Shown: positions 48,055-57,172, numbered from the stretch's first letter. The stretch is 61,473 nt of DNA from a virus (IMGVR_UViG_3300044731_000955:1-61473), one strand, 5' to 3'. Notes: generated by a model from the letters alone, not told the origin. Program-made: numbers and translations.

Positions 48055-50103
48055 TTAATTAAACACAGGAACATAACTTTTTACAAGCGCTTCTCTCTTG
48101 ATTTGTTTTTGGACCGGTTCCATTAAACATACAATTAACATCAAAAAAGATACGGTAATATCATAGTCTGTTCTATTGTTTGGGTCGAATTTTTTTGCAT
48201 CTTCTAACAAATTTTCAAAATCTATTGAATCAATATGTGATTCAAAATACATAATCCCCACATCGGTTTGCTTTGTCAAGCTAAACGGTGTAGTAGGAAA
48301 TCCTTTGTGTCTATCAGCTGTTTCTCTTTTTGCAGGGTCAATTGTTGAAAGCGGGTATGAACCAAGATAACCAACTCTTCCTCTATCTCTAAAATAGGAT
48401 AGGTAATCATCACTATTATGCTCATACCAAGCTTGATAGCCATAAAATTCAGCTGCTAAAAGAACTTGTTCATGTAAAGTTTCTTTTATTTGTGGTCTTC
48501 CGTAAAGATGACCAATTGCCTTCCCAGTATGTTCTGGATTTAATAAATCATACCTTCTGCCAATCCAAGCTGATGCTTTTGAGCCATACTTACCACCCTG
48601 ACTATTACTATAACCATCAATTGCTATTGCGCCATCAGATACCCTAGCTGGCTTTTTAGTTTTTACATCGTAAGTATGCTTGTTTTCTTCGCCTGCTTGT
48701 GGGAACTGAGTTATAACCCAATGAAAATCCTCTTCTTTATCATTTATCTCTCGCCACCTAACTACTTGGTCAATATCTCTATAAAATATAACATGACGCT
48801 TGAGTTTAGGATTTTCTTTTAAATAAGACTCTCTTGCCCCAATATTCATTACATTAAAAATACACTTATCTGAATCTGTACTAAAAGCTTCGTCTATGGT
48901 TAGAGGCTCTTTTCTAATACGAGCAGATAATGCTCTTTGATTATTTTTTACTGTGTCCCTGTCGGCTAAAATTTGAGCCAAAGTTTTTTCTTCATCTGGA
49001 TGCCCAAAATCGTCAAAATTTCTTGTACGCTTTGCAGACATGAAGAATCGATAAAGACCGCTAGAAGTAGTTCCATTATCTTGTCGTTTTTCTTGATTAC
49101 TTTCTTCCCATAATAATTTAAAGGCATCTTGAACACCATCTTTTTCAGTTGTAAGCTTCTCTACTGTGGTAGTATATAATGCTTTACCAATAATTTGTCC
49201 CTCATCATCTAACAAACAATAACGCACAACCTCATGTCTGTCATATACATTAACCTCTGTGGTTTTACCGCACTCGTCTGCTACATATCTATGGAGTTTT
49301 TGTCCATCATAGGCAACAGTATCTGCTGATTGGTGGTCAATAACTGAACCTAATTCATCTTTATCTACATTTTCCTCTGCCTTTTTACCCCTTACGTTTG
49401 TCTTTTGGAATCGCATCTCAGACTTTGGATTTACCCCCAAAGACATATCATATTCTGGTCTAAAAAACTTGGGGAGTCGCCTAAATGGATTTACCACTGT
49501 CTTAGCGAAGAATTTTTTAGCATCAGAGCCTGTTTTAGACTGAATACCGCCGTTTGTCATCTTTGTCCTTGTAGTGTATTCAGTTACAAATAAACCAGCT
49601 ACAAATGACTTACCAAATCTTCTTTTTGTTACCTCAAGCATCCCCATACATAACGGGTCTTGAATACAATATTCCATAAAATAGAACTTCTCTAAATCTG
49701 GTATCCTAAACTTTGGATAACCAATATCAATTGACCACCATTGCAAGTATAAATAGTGTAAACCAGTCAAATAAGTAGGCACCCCATTATTCATGTACCA
49801 AAATCCATTCAATCTTCTATCCCACTCTTGCCTTTTAAATTCTTCTAATTTTTCATCGTAAAATTCAAGCTCATCGTCTTTTTTCTTTTTATCAAACTCA
49901 TCCCACTTCTTCATTGTGTCAGCATACCAACTTGGCATCGGTATTCTTTTCCAATATTGCTCGCCTATATTTTTATCTCTCTCGTAAACACCCCTAAATT
50001 CTAATTGTTTGGTAATTATATTATAAACATACCCATCTGGAGGAAGATTACACTTCAATCCTTGGATATCTACTATAGTTCCACCATCAATTTTTTCGTA
50101 CAT
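48055..50103 (-). CDS. terL: Terminase large subunit
   Basis: YLTG-HY-YLQW, KRRFGKS Walker A, DECGK Walker B, AIDGY nuclease, EHN, D-TVS. Confidence 0.9.
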   Translation of the reverse strand: MYEKIDGGTIVDIQGLKCNLPPDGYVYNIITKQLEFRGVYERDKNIGEQYWKRIPMPSWYADTMKKWDEFDKKKKDDELEFYDEKLEEFKRQEWDRRLNGFWYMNNGVPTYLTGLHYLYLQWWSIDIGYPKFRIPDLEKFYFMEYCIQDPLCMGMLEVTKRRFGKSFVAGLFVTEYTTRTKMTNGGIQSKTGSDAKKFFAKTVVNPFRRLPKFFRPEYDMSLGVNPKSEMRFQKTNVRGKKAEENVDKDELGSVIDHQSADTVAYDGQKLHRYVADECGKTTEVNVYDRHEVVRYCLLDDEGQIIGKALYTTTVEKLTTEKDGVQDAFKLLWEESNQEKRQDNGTTSSGLYRFFMSAKRTRNFDDFGHPDEEKTLAQILADRDTVKNNQRALSARIRKEPLTIDEAFSTDSDKCIFNVMNIGARESYLKENPKLKRHVIFYRDIDQVVRWREINDKEEDFHWVITQFPQAGEENKHTYDVKTKKPARVSDGAIAIDGYSNSQGGKYGSKASAWIGRRYDLLNPEHTGKAIGHLYGRPQIKETLHEQVLLAAEFYGYQAWYEHNSDDYLSYFRDRGRVGYLGSYPLSTIDPAKRETADRHKGFPTTPFSLTKQTDVGIMYFESHIDSIDFENLLEDAKKFDPNNRTDYDITVSFLMLIVCLMEPVQKQIKREALVKSYVPVFN

Positions 50104-50105
50104 AA

Positions 50106-50489
50106 TTATATTCTTTTACCAGCCAACTCGCCAACGGCATCAGCCATATTCTCTGGAGAAAATGGTTTTTTATTAACTTGAACTACCTCTTTTTTATCAG
50201 TTACTTCTTGATTTATTCCAGCTAATACTTCTAATGCCTTTATTGAAGCAGAAATTGTTCCCGCATCCACCCATATTTTTTGCAATCTCTCAAAAGTCTT
50301 AATCTTAGGGTCGTCAATATCAATAGCTGTAAGACTAGTTTTGTTCAATAACTCAGCCATCTCATTAGCCTTTCTATTTAAGGCATGATATAGCTTACCA
50401 ATACCATCTTGCTCGTAATAAGCATTTCTGCCTTGTAAATATGCAATTTGCTTTTCTAAATCCTTTATTTTATCTAATTCTACAGACAT
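50106..50489 (-). CDS. Helical protein upstream of TerL (small terminase candidate)
   Basis: 127 aa, position only. Confidence 0.4.
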   Translation of the reverse strand: MSVELDKIKDLEKQIAYLQGRNAYYEQDGIGKLYHALNRKANEMAELLNKTSLTAIDIDDPKIKTFERLQKIWVDAGTISASIKALEVLAGINQEVTDKKEVVQVNKKPFSPENMADAVGELAGKRI

Positions 50490-51160
50490 TCTAATTCTTT
50501 TAATTGTTTTGCATCTGATTTGCTATACCCCACCCATAAATCACCACTCTCAACCAATGCTGTCATATTATCGTTTATGGCTATAATCTCATTTCTATCG
50601 TTACCGTCTGGATAATATCTTAATCTAATAATTCTTCCTTCTGTTCCATCGTCATTTTGATATATAATCTCATAATCACTTGAAATTACGGTATTAACTG
50701 CTCTACCCTTCAACTCACCGCTAGTTATGTATAGTTTATTATTCATTACTTCTGGCTCAATGCCCTCAAGCATCCCGTTATATGGTTTAAATATTCTTAG
50801 TGCTGTAACAAAATTATTTAAAGCGTTCCATATGGAACCTTTTGTTTCTCTCCACATAAAACATTCTTCGATTGGTATTGAGAAATATTGAATATCTGAA
50901 GAAGCTTCAGTAGTAGGTCTTTGATAATTAAAAATCTTATAAGTATCATGAGTAGCATTATGATGGATAAGAATTTCAGCTCCTGTAGGAATGTCTTTAG
51001 CATCAACAACCTCAGCATTAACCGGTTTAACATATCGCATATTAAAATTGTCATATACTCTTTCTAGTTTAATTTTTGTACCATCTTTAAACGTATGGCT
51101 ATTTTTACTTTCTAAATCAACCTTAATGATTACTCTATTACTTGGAGCTTTCAATTTCAT
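50480..51160 (-). CDS. GroES-like domain protein (extended)
   Basis: APSNRVIIKV...AEVVD...GAEILIHHN; second N-FV...KP segment. Confidence 0.55.
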   Translation of the reverse strand: MKLKAPSNRVIIKVDLESKNSHTFKDGTKIKLERVYDNFNMRYVKPVNAEVVDAKDIPTGAEILIHHNATHDTYKIFNYQRPTTEASSDIQYFSIPIEECFMWRETKGSIWNALNNFVTALRIFKPYNGMLEGIEPEVMNNKLYITSGELKGRAVNTVISSDYEIIYQNDDGTEGRIIRLRYYPDGNDRNEIIAINDNMTALVESGDLWVGYSKSDAKQLKELECL

Positions 51161-51240
51161 AGTTTAATTAATTTAATACAAATGTAGTGCTAATTTAATT
51201 AATTTAATATTTTTTCAAAAATAAATTCCTAATAATTGCT

Positions 51241-51248
51241 TATATTTG
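51241..51248 (+). promoter_or_regulatory. -7 element TATATTTG for paralogue pair
   Basis: TAnnTTTG 39 nt upstream of ATG 51288; divergent TACATTTG at 51186-51179. Confidence 0.6.
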
Positions 51249-51287
51249 TTGAAACAATTTTAAAACAAAAAATAAAAACCAAAAAAA

Positions 51288-51635
51288 ATGGCAAATCATT
51301 TATTAGTTTATGTTTATCGTAGAAATCAATACGATTTAACAAACGCAAACGGAACACCTGCGCTTAATGGTGTACAATTTTCATTACCTACGGAAAACTT
51401 GCAATTACAACCAACTACTGTAGTAGCAAACGGAGTACAAATGAATTCATTAATTCTTTTGTATCCTAGTGGTCTTAACCAACCAGCTGAGAAGTTATAT
51501 AGTAATGCAACTGTGGCTGCTCTAATTACTGCAATCAATGGCGGTGGCGCACAAACTACCACAACAACTGCAACACCTACAACAACTACTACAACAACTG
51601 CAGCTCCTACAACTACAACTACAACTGCAGCTTAA
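51288..51635 (+). CDS. Small putative virion protein with Thr-rich tail
   Basis: Paralogue of 51665; ends TTTTTATPTTTTTTTAAPTTTTTTAA. Confidence 0.7.
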   Translation: MANHLLVYVYRRNQYDLTNANGTPALNGVQFSLPTENLQLQPTTVVANGVQMNSLILLYPSGLNQPAEKLYSNATVAALITAINGGGAQTTTTTATPTTTTTTTAAPTTTTTTAA

Positions 51636-51664
51636 TTTAAAAAACAATTTAAAAAAATAATAAA

Positions 51665-51928
51665 ATGGCAACAATAGTATCAATTACAGCATATCAAAGA
51701 AATCAATATGCTTTATTAAACCCTAACGGGACTCCAGCAACATCTGGTATTTCTTACGGATTCCCAGTAACTGCATTTGCAGCTTACCCAGCTCCTGCTA
51801 ATTTTGTAGCTAACGGAGTAACTATGAATTCAATAGTCGAAGTAGCACCTACTGGTTTAAACCAAGTACCCGTATTATTTTATACGACTTCTACTGTAGC
51901 ACAGATTAATTCTGCAGCAAACGCTTAA
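51665..51928 (+). CDS. Small putative virion protein, tail-less paralogue
   Basis: Shares RNQY-L-N-NGTPA, VANGV-MNS, P-GLNQ with 51288. Confidence 0.7.
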   Translation: MATIVSITAYQRNQYALLNPNGTPATSGISYGFPVTAFAAYPAPANFVANGVTMNSIVEVAPTGLNQVPVLFYTTSTVAQINSAANA

Positions 51929-51933
51929 TGAAT

Positions 51934-51965
51934 TAGCCCCTCTTTTAATTTTGAGGGGCTTTTTT
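51934..51965 (+). terminator. Intrinsic terminator
   Basis: agcccctc...gaggggct followed by T-run. Confidence 0.8.
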
Positions 51966-52085
51966 ATTTTCTTTATGTACCGTTTTTAGGTTCTTGTAGA
52001 TTCTTTCTGAGTCTTCAATTTTACCATTAGCGGCGGCAATTGCAATTGCTAACCTTCTTAGTTTTTTTGCGGCTTTATTATTCAT
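51945..52085 (-). CDS. 46-aa basic protein (MNNKAAKKLRRLAIAIAAANGK...)
   Basis: ATG-initiated frame directly after upstream gene; below cutoff. Confidence 0.55.
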   Translation of the reverse strand: MNNKAAKKLRRLAIAIAAANGKIEDSERIYKNLKTVHKENKKAPQN

Positions 52086-52094
52086 ATATTTATT

Positions 52095-52214
52095 TTACCT
52101 TCCTTGTCCTCGATATTGTTTCGGACGAGGAGAATGTTTGTTATAAGATTTTTTAGCTCTCCCTGATTTTTTTGTTCCAAACGTAATTTTGGATGAATTT
52201 GTAAGTTTTGCCAT
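52095..52214 (-). CDS. 39-aa basic protein ending YRGQGR
   Basis: MAKLTNSSKITFGTKKSGRAKKSYNKHSPRPKQYRGQGR; a C-terminal motif I recognise from small aquatic-phage proteins. Confidence 0.7.
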   Translation of the reverse strand: MAKLTNSSKITFGTKKSGRAKKSYNKHSPRPKQYRGQGR

Positions 52215-52217
52215 TAT

Positions 52218-52442
52218 TTATTTTTTGGTTTGAAAATAATTTTTATCAATTTCTCCTCCATCCATTTTGTTGGGGTAGACCAATATATCATCGTCATAGA
52301 AGTTCCTGACCATGCCGTTGTGGTATAATATGACTTTCCAAACAGTGTTTGTGTCGCTTCCGTAATCGAGCCATGCGATTGCTTTTCCATATCCTAAAGG
52401 GGTTTCTACGTCAATAGTATTTTTTAATTCGTGAATATACAT
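52218..52442 (-). CDS. Hypothetical phage protein
   Basis: VETPLG-G-AIAW-DYG-D-N-VW motif; coupled to ssb. Confidence 0.6.
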   Translation of the reverse strand: MYIHELKNTIDVETPLGYGKAIAWLDYGSDTNTVWKVILYHNGMVRNFYDDDILVYPNKMDGGEIDKNYFQTKK

Positions 52443-52783
52443 TAAATTTGGTTTTCATCTGTTTTATTACTTGATAATAATTGTAAACTTGTAACTCTAG
52501 CGTGAAGCTGTGCCACTGTTTCCTTTGTTTTATCATTAAGATATGTTTTTGCCTCTGGTTTTCCTTCCATGTAAATCAAAGTACCCTTTTTAAGATAGTT
52601 AGCTACATTGGTTTTATCAGTCCAGTAAGCGCAAGAAACCCAAGTTGTTTTATCTACCTCTTGTCCTTGTTGGTTTTTAAACTTTTCGCTGTAAGCCATT
52701 GAAAAATTAATTACTGTTTTTTCATTTACATTGTTTACTGTTGCATCTTGTCCTAATCTTCCGATTACTGAAATTCTAATCAT
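52442..52783 (-). CDS. ssb: Single-stranded DNA-binding protein
   Basis: VIGRLGQD...FSMA...TTWV-C...YLKKG--IY-EG. Confidence 0.9.
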   Translation of the reverse strand: MIRISVIGRLGQDATVNNVNEKTVINFSMAYSEKFKNQQGQEVDKTTWVSCAYWTDKTNVANYLKKGTLIYMEGKPEAKTYLNDKTKETVAQLHARVTSLQLLSSNKTDENQI

Positions 52784-52800
52784 TGTGTTTTGTTTTATTA

Positions 52801-54660
52801 TTAAAAATTAATTTCTGTTCCATTGTCATCTTTGTATGGCACCCAATTATCAAATGTTTTTTGGACTGATGCATCGGGTCTTAAAATTATATTCTTATCG
52901 TTTATAATTTTTTGTAACGAATCTAATCCATTAAATAAAAATCTTCTTGTTTGAAAATACATTTGAAATAAAATAAATCCTTTTTTACCAACAATCTTTT
53001 GTCTTCTAATCTTTTTACTATGAAACTCACAAGATGGATTACTAGGGTCTGTTTGAGCAAAGGGTCTATGATATACGAGAATATTATCAAGCTTATTATT
53101 CCACATTGCGCCATCAGTTAAATCAAATACATCAGGACAAGGATAGTTACCATCAGATGCTTTTATCATTTTAACGGGATGAGCAATAATCCAAAAGAAA
53201 ATATTATTTATCTGCGCAAATCTTGAGAATACAGACAATACCCATTCAAGATATTTATCACTTCTTGAAAATTTTTGATATTCGTTTGTCAATTGGTTGA
53301 AAGGGTCAATATCTACGCCATCAACATTCTCTTTCACAATTAACTCTAAGAATACTTCCATCACATATTGTGGAGTAGGCGAAACATCTTTAGGATAAAC
53401 ATAAAATATATGCTTGCATACTAAATCATAAACATATTCGTAAACTTGTTTAGATGGTCTATGTGGATTTGCAGGACTACAATCACATCCTAAAATAATC
53501 TCTACAAAATCATGGTAGTATTCTTCTGGTGGGTTATCTTCTGGTGAAAATGTAGCAAACTTTTCTCCGTATAACATTATGCGCATAGCTTGGTACCATT
53601 TTTTAAACGAAGATTTACCATAGTTACCAATACCAGTAAGAACTGTAATCTCACCTCTCTTTGGTTTAAATTTATCATCTAAATCGGGTACACCAATACC
53701 ATCTACTTTAGCATATCCTTCATCATATATTCTTAAAGCTTGTTCTTTTACATCAATTCCGTAAATAACATCTTTTAATTTTAAGCCTTCATCAAATACG
53801 GCTTTCTCTACCTCTATTTCTTTCCTAGAAACCTTATCAACTAATACTTCTTTATCAAATGATGCACTTCCAAAGTTTTTTGAATTTGCCTTATATGCAG
53901 AACGTATTGCTCTATCTGCTTCATTCTTTGTAAACTCAGAATTAGTGATAAATTCCATATGAATCATAGAATTAGCTGCCGTTTCATTAATACCAAAACG
54001 ACAACAAGCCGATGCTAACTTAAATATAAAATTATTCCTTTCTCCCGTAACAAAAGCCTCGTTTTTATTAGACAACCAAGTCAAAACGTTCTTAAATATC
54101 TTTTGGTCATCATCGTTTTTCTCATAAACCACAACCTTTTCAGTTTTTTTAATCTTCTTGAAAACTTCAGCCTTGTCGTTTATGTAAATTTCCGGGTCGT
54201 AACTCTCATAACATACTCTGCTTTGGTTAATTCCGCTTCGGTCAATTTCTGGAAACACTTCTTGTAATGCTTGGAAATGTTCTCTATGCTTTTCACCATT
54301 TGCTACTTTTACCAAAGCTTTTAATCCGTTACCAGATGGGCTAATCCAACAAGCGTAAACAAATGGATGTGAAATAATCTCATTTTGCTTATCTCTAAGC
54401 TCAAATACATTGTCAAAATCCAAAACTATGTACCCACTATGCTTAATTAACTGAGCATCAGTTCTATCGGGGCCAAATTTACCACTAAAACATACCGAAG
54501 GAAGGTTCAGTTTTATCTTATTTGCTTTTTCTTTATCAATTGTTCCTCTAATTTCGAATACGGTAGATTTACTTTTACCTTCTTGTATTCTTTTTAACGC
54601 TGCTTCAACAGAAATGTAATTTGGTTCCTTAGAAAAGATATTTTTAAAAATTGTTATCAT
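52801..54660 (-). CDS. Primase-helicase (BT4734/VirE-N-like primase, PriCT, DnaB-like SF4 helicase)
   Basis: K--LP...SG-F...HSG-I-LDFD, SPSGNGLK, GERNN, TGIGNYGKS, IDPFN, IAHP. Confidence 0.85.
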   Translation of the reverse strand: MITIFKNIFSKEPNYISVEAALKRIQEGKSKSTVFEIRGTIDKEKANKIKLNLPSVCFSGKFGPDRTDAQLIKHSGYIVLDFDNVFELRDKQNEIISHPFVYACWISPSGNGLKALVKVANGEKHREHFQALQEVFPEIDRSGINQSRVCYESYDPEIYINDKAEVFKKIKKTEKVVVYEKNDDDQKIFKNVLTWLSNKNEAFVTGERNNFIFKLASACCRFGINETAANSMIHMEFITNSEFTKNEADRAIRSAYKANSKNFGSASFDKEVLVDKVSRKEIEVEKAVFDEGLKLKDVIYGIDVKEQALRIYDEGYAKVDGIGVPDLDDKFKPKRGEITVLTGIGNYGKSSFKKWYQAMRIMLYGEKFATFSPEDNPPEEYYHDFVEIILGCDCSPANPHRPSKQVYEYVYDLVCKHIFYVYPKDVSPTPQYVMEVFLELIVKENVDGVDIDPFNQLTNEYQKFSRSDKYLEWVLSVFSRFAQINNIFFWIIAHPVKMIKASDGNYPCPDVFDLTDGAMWNNKLDNILVYHRPFAQTDPSNPSCEFHSKKIRRQKIVGKKGFILFQMYFQTRRFLFNGLDSLQKIINDKNIILRPDASVQKTFDNWVPYKDDNGTEINF

Positions 54661-55409
54661 TATTCAGAAATTGGTTTAAAGGCGTTTCTAGCGGTTTCTA
54701 ATTCATTTTGATACTTCCCTCCACTTTTATTAGAAAGTGTCTGCATAGGTCTTAAATGTGGTATAGTGTTGCGAATTTTAGACTTCCATATCTTTATTAT
54801 GTTATTATGACCATCTTTCCACCCATTTTCGACCCAAGACTCGTATTTTGATTTTAACGAGTATTCGTACAAATTGAAATTCATATTGTTCTTTACCATA
54901 TCCTCCTTGCAAAAAGACAAAAACTCCTCTATACTTGGTATAGTTTCTTTTACTTTACTTTTATTTACTTTACTTTGCGGTTTTTCTGCCACAGAAACTC
55001 CGTTACTAACGGTATTACTGCTAACAAATTTACCGTTCACACGCTGTTGTTTCTTACTATTATCCTTACTGCGACCTCTTTTTTCGTAAACAGGTACTAG
55101 TCTTTCATCAAGCGATTCTGAGTTAATAAAGCCATTATTTAGGAATAACATCTCCAACTTAATGCAGTAATCCAGTACATCCCGTATTTCTGTGGCAGAA
55201 ACTCCAAAATCACCAGCCATTAATTCAAATTCTACATCTGAATATTCTAAAACATTACCATCTATGCCTGTTAAATACTCTAAAGTCATAGACCATATAG
55301 CATAGCCGGTAACTCCAAACTTTGTACGGATAGCTTTAACCTTTCTATGGTTTCGCATATCTCTATCGTGAGGGAAATAATCACAGTAATTCTTTATTGG
55401 GCGAGCCAT
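54660..55409 (-). CDS. Replication initiator (DUF4373/Lin1244-like N-terminus)
   Basis: MARP...DYFPHD...K-KA-R--FG--GYAIW...LE. Confidence 0.75.
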   Translation of the reverse strand: MARPIKNYCDYFPHDRDMRNHRKVKAIRTKFGVTGYAIWSMTLEYLTGIDGNVLEYSDVEFELMAGDFGVSATEIRDVLDYCIKLEMLFLNNGFINSESLDERLVPVYEKRGRSKDNSKKQQRVNGKFVSSNTVSNGVSVAEKPQSKVNKSKVKETIPSIEEFLSFCKEDMVKNNMNFNLYEYSLKSKYESWVENGWKDGHNNIIKIWKSKIRNTIPHLRPMQTLSNKSGGKYQNELETARNAFKPISE

Positions 55410-55419
55410 TAGAATTTAT

Positions 55420-55617
55420 TTAATCGTTAATAAAATCGGTTTTCAACGCCTCGTTAATACGAGTTATTTCTGCATCGGTAAATAATAATTTACCTTGCAT
55501 CTTTCGTGATAATTCCGATTCTGGTATCTTTGCATTAAGCGATAACCACCTTTGTGTACGCCCATCTAAAGACTCTTTGATTCTCTCGTGTAGTCTTAAT
55601 TCAGTTTTGATTTCCAT
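55420..55617 (-). CDS. XRE/Cro-like HTH regulator (likely start MEIKTEL)
   Basis: GRTQRWLS...IPESELSRKMQG...F---EI; TATTTTTG at 55649-55642. Confidence 0.7.
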   Translation of the reverse strand: MEIKTELRLHERIKESLDGRTQRWLSLNAKIPESELSRKMQGKLLFTDAEITRINEALKTDFIND

Positions 55618-55731
55618 AAATTTGTTTTGATTATTGGAGAACAAAAATAGTGTTATTTTTTATATTCCCAAATATTTTTAACTTTTTTTTAAAATTATTT
55701 TGTAGTTCAATTAATTTAATTAAATTTGCAA

Positions 55732-55863
55732 ATGGAAAACAAAGAATTAATATACGAAATGGCTAAGAGATTAGATTTAGTTATTGAGTTTTGGAAAGAA
55801 GAAAAATATATTGGGAAATATAGATTTATAAATAATAAACTACACAAATGGAAAGATGGATAA
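55732..55863 (+). CDS. 43-aa hypothetical protein (MENKELIYEMAKRLDL...)
   Basis: ATG right after TAAATTTG box; overlaps next gene. Confidence 0.5.
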   Translation: MENKELIYEMAKRLDLVIEFWKEEKYIGKYRFINNKLHKWKDG

Positions 55864-56042
55864 CCGAAGATGAAATAATGCACAGGATTAAAAATCATCC
55901 TGACTTAACTAAAGATGATAAAGAAGATTTTTACTTTGACATACAAATGTTATACATTGGTAAAAAAGGTCAAGAAAAATTAGATAAAGTAGTAATTAAA
56001 AATCAAGAAAGAAATAAAATAAAAAAAGATGGCATACAATAG
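55848..56042 (+). CDS. Hypothetical protein
   Basis: ORF overlapping neighbours at both ends. Confidence 0.5.
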   Translation: MERWITEDEIMHRIKNHPDLTKDDKEDFYFDIQMLYIGKKGQEKLDKVVIKNQERNKIKKDGIQ

Positions 56043-56574
56043 TACAATAATAACAAAGAAAAAGCGTTGTGTTAATTGTGGCAATATTGATTATTGGTTT
56101 TCCAAAAAGATGTGTAAACAATGCGCCACAGTACATTCTACGCAAAAAAGAATGGAAGAATTTGAAGATGATACAGAAAGTTTTCAGAATCTTATTCAAG
56201 ACCTTGACCATGTATTTAGTCAATACATTAGAAATAGATATGCAGATAAAACAGGTACCGTTGAATGTTATACTTGTGGTAAAAAACATACAATTGCAGA
56301 AATACAATGCGGTCATTTTATGGGTAGGTCAAATTTAAGCACTAGATGGATGGAACAAAATTGCAGACCACAATGTATGGAATGTAATTACTTTAAAACT
56401 GGTAATATAGAAGAGTTTGAATACAAATTACACGAAGAAAATAATGCTATAGTTGAATATTTAAGAGAAACAGCTAGGCAAACAGCAAAACCTACAAAAG
56501 ATGAGCTAAAAGGCTTAATCCTAGAATACAGGGCAAAGCTAAACTTGGTAAAAAAGAAATTTATTGAAAAATAA
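56029..56574 (+). CDS. ninG: NinG/Rap-like recombination endonuclease
   Basis: LD-VFSQYIR-R, CYTCG, QCGHF-GR, TRW---N-RPQC--CN. Confidence 0.85.
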   Translation: MAYNSTIITKKKRCVNCGNIDYWFSKKMCKQCATVHSTQKRMEEFEDDTESFQNLIQDLDHVFSQYIRNRYADKTGTVECYTCGKKHTIAEIQCGHFMGRSNLSTRWMEQNCRPQCMECNYFKTGNIEEFEYKLHEENNAIVEYLRETARQTAKPTKDELKGLILEYRAKLNLVKKKFIEK

Positions 56575-56620
56575 TTTATATTTTTACGGTGGTTATCATA
56601 GTTTGTAGATTTAGTAGTTT

Positions 56621-56653
56621 AGCCCCATGTTTTAGAATGACATGGGGTTTTTT
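56621..56653 (+). terminator. Intrinsic terminator
   Basis: agccccatgt...acatggggtt followed by T-run. Confidence 0.75.
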
Positions 56654-57025
56654 ATCGTTCATAAATGAGCCGATTGTCGCTCAAATACGGCTCAAAGTTG
56701 TTTTATTAGGTAACTTTTGTGAACGATAAGTTCTCTAATAGCGAACTTTAACCATTTTGGTAACGTAACCAAAATGGTAACATCTGCATGAATTTTTCTG
56801 AATATTCATGCATAATGTGTCAAATAGTTAGGGTTCAATATGTAAAATATTGTAACATAATTAGGGTAGATATGTCACTGATTTTTAAATAATTGTGACA
56901 TAATTTGTTAATTGTCAGTAGTTATACTACGCAAATGTTCACATTTTTAAACCTTTCACCCAAAGTAAAGCTAGGGATTGACCAGACCGCCCCTTGTCGT
57001 AAAGCTATAACTTGACTAAATGACA
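56653..57025. other. Non-coding block of ~11 consecutive inverted repeats (structured RNA or operator array)
   Basis: Stems listed in findings; no ORF of 60 aa or more. Confidence 0.6.
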
Positions 57026-57090
57026 AAAAAAGGCTCCCAAGTAGAAACTTAGGAGCGATACCAGTTAAACCTTTAACTATGTCTTATGCG
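57025..57090 (-). ncRNA. Candidate ~65-nt small RNA
   Basis: TATATTTG at 57102-57095, then gctcctaagt-ttct-acttgggagc hairpin and T7 at 57031-57025. Confidence 0.4.
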
Positions 57091-57172
57091 GATACAAATA
57101 TATACAAAAATTTAATTAAATTTATTTTTTTAATTAAATTAATTAAATTAATTTTGTTCCAAAACACACAAC

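Noticed and set aside
56575-57170. tRNA genes in the non-coding block
   Set aside because: No cloverleaf with T-loop GTTCRA and acceptor stem found by eye
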